From assembly GCA_004431415.1 (NCBI GenBank), contig QPMI01000071.1, forward strand, positions 1 through 64,000: a stretch of 64,000 bases of DNA. The letters run 5' to 3'. The notes under the pieces are model-generated. The model ran no database searches and had not been told where the DNA came from. It saw only the letters and a program-made list of their open reading frames with translations. Numbering within the stretch: position 1 is the first letter of the stretch; each line of letters begins with the position of its first letter. The DNA is from Cyanophora paradoxa CCMP329. Its lineage: Eukaryota > Plantae > Glaucophyta. Of the stretch, positions 59,066 to 64,000 are shown piece after piece. The position numbers were made by a program, and so were the translations under genes.

Positions 59066-62000
59066 GCTTTTCGCATGACTTTCCTAACAAGTTTTAGTTT
59101 TCCTCGGTTGCAGTTGCGAGTTGATCGTATTCAAGATCATGATTAGTTGTTCTCAATAGACCTCTCTTCCGCCGGACCCTTGTTGCGTCTTCAGCCTCCT
59201 GTACATGTTGCATTGTTACCCCATGGCCACTTTCTGGCTCTCAGAGTTTGATCATTTATACCCCGCTTTCTATTTATAATGAATTGCTTGGAATCTTTGT
59301 TTGGTGCGGCGTCGTCGTCTGCAGCTGATGATATCGATGCATCCGATCCTGTCTCTCTTGTGCCCCCTAAAAAAATTATTCTCTGCGTTCACGTGTCCCT
59401 CGCGCGATCGAGCTTGTCGTGACCATGAGTCTTCTGAATTTTATTACGTCATTTTCTGAAATGAGGCCTTGCATTGAATTTTGATTTGCAATTAATTGTT
59501 GTCTAGATCCGTAGACTTCGGCAGTGTCGGCCATGAGCTTCACCTCAAGCAACTCGTGGGCTTTATGATCAGTCGACGATGGCCAAGCAAATTTAAAGTT
59601 TAAGCACCAGCGTCAGAGCCCGAGAGCAAAGGGGACGGCCGCGGGCCTTGGCCCCCCTGCAAGCTGCGTCGCCTGGGCGGGCTGTTAATATCGCACGACA
59701 AATTGCACGATCGGGCTACAAATCAAATACAAACACAAATACACATGCGTTTACAAAGCATCTAAACTTAGTAAGTTTAATATAAGCCTCGATCGCGAAT
59801 TCTACTCTAAACTTGAATGCCATATGCATGATGGTTAACAAGCACATTTCGAAACGTTGTCAATATTTCGAAACCATGTCAATATTGAGACTTAACGCGA
59901 ACCTCCAATTAACTTAGTAACGTGCACGTGCGCCGCGGCGAAGCCAAGGCAAGCTCAGCGGCTCATGATCATGATCATATCATTATATTAGTTGCGTGGA
60001 CATATCATTAGACGCAGATCTAGATCGCCGCGTTCCGAAGTTCGGCGCGTCGTGCACGAGAGGTGCGCGGTGCAGCGAGGGACGCTGCGCTGATCATGAA
60101 GATGAACTTTCGGAACGACGGCTACGCCGATTCGAAGAAAACGTGTACTCCCCGTTGACCTGTGCGACCTGTTCAATTCGCTGAGCCCGCGCGACTCGTG
60201 GCTTCGAAATGCAATCGGAAGCAGTCGGAGGAGGAGAAGTTGGCGGCTCGCCGCCCGCTCGCTCTCAGCCAGTCGACCAAGCCGCAGCAGTGCCGCGCGC
60301 GCCGCTTCCGATCCGACTGACGGCTTCAAGCCGGCCGGAGATCGAGCAGGAAGAGGCGACATGCCAGCTGTACCCGCGCGCGAGTCATCGGCAGTGCTGC
60401 CTCTCCCGAGCGGGATCCATCGCCGGCCCGATCTGCGCGGGCGTCTCTCATCGCATCACCCTGCACAGGTCGAGTAGCTGATCCCTGCAGCTGAGCGGCC
60501 TGAGCCGCCCTTCGCTTCGACTGCTCAGCTAAGCCTCAATCCAGCCGGCGCCCGCGCGCCAGCGCTTCGCCCCGTCGGCCTCGGACGCTGCGCGCCTCTC
60601 CACTCTTCTCCGCCTGCGGTGCGCCCCATCGCCCCGTGTGCTGCGTGGCCGGGCCTGAGCGCTGCTCGCCCCGCAGAGCCTGAGCCCCTGGCGCCGACCC
60701 AGGGGCAGAGAAGAACCGCTGCTTTCGAGATCTGCCGGACGCAGCTGCCAGCGGCGTGGCTCGGCGGGTATTCCCGAGCTTGCCTGCACTCTTCCTGTGC
60801 GCCCCCCGTCCTTCCCGTGCCCCTCGGCGCGGCAGGGCCTGACCTCGGCTCGGCCCCGCAGCGCGCGAGGGGCGGCGGGTCGCTCCCGAAGCCGCGCCGC
60901 GGCCGAGCGGGTCTGCGCGCGGCTGCACGCCCTGCGGCCTCACCCGTGGCACCGGGCCCCTCGCCGCCCGGACTCAACCGCGTCTCAAGCGGCCACCGCC
61001 GCCACCTGATCCCCGCCGGACCTCTCTCGTCCCCGCACCGACCGCGGACGAACGCGGCGCCGCCCCGGCCTCAGCCCCGCCCCTAGCCGTGCCTGCGCGC
61101 TCGATCCCCGCCGGTCCTCCCTCGTCCCCGCGCCCTCTGCCCGACCTCGGCTCGGCCCGCCCGACCTCAGTTCGGCCTGGCAGCTGCAGCGCGCGAGGGC
61201 CGTGCGGCCGCCTCGGGAGCCGCGTGGCGGGTCCTCCGCGCGCGGCCGCCCTCCCTCGCTCCGCCGCACCACCCCCGGTCGGCCGCTCCGGCCGCCTCCG
61301 CGGCGCCGGCGCGGCCCCATGCGGCCTCCCCACGAAACTCTCTCCCGGACCGCCGCCTTACCGCGTCCCTTGGACTCCGGGAGCCCATTTCCGCCCCGGT
61401 TCAGCCCCGCCTCGATCCCTGCCTGCGCCCTCGTCCCCGCGCCCTCTGCCCGAGCGCAGCCCTCTGCTCGTCCCTCGGACGCGCCGCCGCTCTGAAATCG
61501 GTCCGCCGGCGGGAGCCCTCCCCACGCCGCGCCGCGTTTCCTTCTCCTGCGTCCGTTCGGCCATGTACTCGGCCCTTCTCGGTGCGCCCCGATCCTTCTC
61601 GTACCCCTCTCGTAACCCGCGGCGCGTATCCTTCTCGTCCGACTTGGACTCGGCCCTGCAGCGCGAGAAGGGCCGCGGATCGGATCGGGGGCCGCCTCAG
61701 CAGTTCGCTCCCGCCGGCCCAGCCCTGTCCTCCGACTCCCGCCCTATGCCTCGGCGCGGCGCAGCGCGTCGGCCCAATGCGGCGCAGCAGCGCAGGCCCT
61801 TCCGGGGGCCTTGCCCGCAGCCACGCCCCCCCCCCCCCCCCCCCTCTCCCCCGCGCCTGCCGCTGCCCCCGCGTCGGGCCTCGGCCGCGGCCGCCCGTCC
61901 CTCGCCCGCGGCGTCGGTGCCGCTCTCCTCCCGGCAGCTGCCTGCCGCTGCGCTTGCCTCCGCTCCTTCCGCCCCTCCCCCCCTCGCTGCCGCCGCCCTA

Positions 62001-64000
62001 CGCCCCCTCCGCCTCCTCGCATGCCCCGGCGGCGCTGTCCCCGTGGATGGCCCGAGCGGCCACCGCCGCCCCCCGCTCCCCGGCTGTCCTCTCTGCCCTC
62101 GCTACCTTTACCCCCTCCGGCGCACTCGCTGCCTCGGACGGCTCGGCCTTGACTCCGCAAGTCCGCCTCCAGCCGCCCTCGCTGCCTTTACCCGCTTCGG
62201 CGCCTCTCTGGCGCGGGGCACGCCCCTTCCGAGCCCGCAGCTGGGCCTGTCGCCCCGCCCGCCGCCGCCTCCTCCTCCCGTCCCCTCCCCGCCCCCCCCC
62301 CCCCCCCCCCCCCCCCCACCCTCCCCCCGGCCCTTCCGCGCCCGGAGCTGGGCTGCCGCCCCGCCCGCCTCTTTCTCCTTCGCCTCCTCCTTCCCCCACA
62401 TCCCTCGCCCCGCCCCTGCCCTTGACCCTGTCCGGTGCGCCCCGATCCTTCTCGTACCCCTTCTCGGTCCTTCTCGGTCTGACTTGGGCTCGGTCCCGCA
62501 GCGCGCGAGGGCCGCGGATCGGATCAAGGGGTCGCCTCGGCAGTACGCGGCCGCCCCGGCCCCACCTCCGGCGCCCCTCCGACCGCTTCCGCTCCCTTCG
62601 CCCCTCCGGCGCCGCCCAAGCGGGGGGGGGGGGGGGGGGGGGGGGGGGGCGGCGCCGGGCTCCCCCCCCCCCTTTCGTCTTCTCCGCGCCCAATGCGCCC
62701 GCGGGGGCCTCGCCGCCATTCCCCCGCCAAGCCTCTGCGCGGCCGCTCTCGCTCTTGAGACGCCACCCGCCGCGGCCTCCTCCCTCCTCCCGAACCCGCA
62801 GGCGACCCGGGCCGCTCCCTCGCCCCCCGCGGCGCCGCTGTTCCCGTGGAGTGGACGCCGCAGCGCGGCGCGGCGGGCCTCGGGGCCTCCGGTCTCGGCC
62901 CCGTCCGGCGCCGTGTCACCCCTCGGGGGTGCCACCCCGCGCCGTCCCCGCCGGCGGCCTCGGGCCTCCGGGCTCGGCCCGGCGGCCGCCCACGCTCGAG
63001 GCCGCGGCCGCGGCGCCGCTCGCTACGCGTCTCTACGCTCCTCGCGACCGCCGCCCCTCGCCGTCCCCGCCGGCGGCCTCGGGCCTCGGGCTCGGCCCGT
63101 CCGGTCGTCCCTCGGCCGCGGCCGCGGCCTCTCGACGCCCTCTCGACGCCGCGGCCGCGGCGCCGCTCGCTACGCCTCTCTACGCTCCTCGCGGCTGCCG
63201 CCTGCTCGCGGCCGCTGCCCCGCGCCGTCCGCGCCAGCGCCCGCCACTCCCCCCCCTCCGAGGCTCCGCCCCGGGCCATGCCCGCCCCCCTCCGGCCCAT
63301 CATCTTGGCCCGCAGTAGCCGGTGCGCATCGCCCCTTCCCCTGCTTCAAAGCCGACCTGAAGTATGCCCCCGGCCCGGCCCCGCAGCGCAGCGCCGGCGG
63401 GCTGGAGGGGACGGCCGGCCGCCTCGGGAGCCGCGGGTACGAGAGGCGGGGAAGCTCAGCGGCTTGAGGGGAGCGCGTGGGGCCGCGCCCCGGGCCCGCC
63501 CTTCGGTCGCCGCGGCCCGCGCCACGCCCAGCCCCACCTACCTTTCCCCGGGCGCCCGCTCGCCCCCGCCCCCGCCACCACACGCTGGCGGGGCCGAGGC
63601 CCTGGAGGCTGCGGCAGCTACGGTCCGCCCTGCATCCGGCTCGCATGCCCGCACGCCCCTTTTCCTCCGGCCGCCGGGCCCTTAGGCTTCCAGATCCGTA
63701 ATTCACCCCCCGTTTGCTCTCTGATTCTTCCCAGCCGGCCTTCAATGTCACAGAATCCGAACAAAGAGAATGCATTAAAATTCGACATAGCACAGACAGC
63801 TAGAACTGGACATGCACATGCGGACCCCGCCACCCTGCCGCTGCCCCTGCCCTACGTATACATAATGCCCGGCCCCGCCCCTCACTCCCAACCGAAGAGA
63901 AAAAGTAACGTTCCAGCGCGGGACCTCAGACACCGGTTCCGACCCGGGCAATATCGACAGAGGTGAGGGTCGCGGGAGGGTTCGTCCACACGAGGTGGTT
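59066..64000. other. Flanking DNA outside the element (probably host): ~0.9 kb AT-richer, then low-complexity C-rich sequence with degenerate internal duplications
   Basis: No match seen to 24683 onward, and the GTCACGGAG motif was not seen. Local duplicates include GGTGCGCCCCGATCCTTCTCGTACCCC at ~61581 and ~62434. Long C and G runs. Confidence 0.55.

Noticed and set aside
61089-63467. 792-aa and 578-aa Pro/Arg-rich ORFs in the flank
   Set aside because: Expected from stop-poor, very GC-rich low-complexity DNA; open in several frames, with no domain motifs.
1-64000. rRNA or tRNA genes
   Set aside because: No recognisable conserved rRNA segments or cloverleaf/T-loop signatures seen by eye.

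Overview
GC-rich eukaryotic DNA (short GT-AG spliceosomal introns, TATA boxes). Most of it is a ~34.4-kb unit in head-to-tail tandem: a partial copy at 1-24682 and a complete copy at 24683-~59065, with 1-24682 matching 34177-59065. Unrelated flanking DNA follows from ~59066. The unit looks like a capsid-less, self-replicating, integrating mobile element. It encodes (i) an intronless ~1990-aa AEP/PrimPol primase + Zn finger + herpes UL9-like SF2 helicase fusion; (ii) a spliced Ulp1-type cysteine protease + tyrosine recombinase + zinc finger fusion near the element end; (iii) a gene with ~10 introns for a RING-like + classical AAA ATPase; (iv) two more RING proteins, a Skp1/BTB-like protein, an SLX1-like GIY-YIG nuclease and two small paralogous ORFs. 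Five dispersed repeat modules (67-bp and ~107-bp units) carry about 50 copies of a bipartite motif, GTCACGGAG-N14-YCTAGGG, and a 3.3-kb palindrome-rich non-coding region is a candidate origin. The two copies differ mainly by 1-nt indels that correct each other, probably long-read error. Domain calls are from motif recognition by eye, not database searches.
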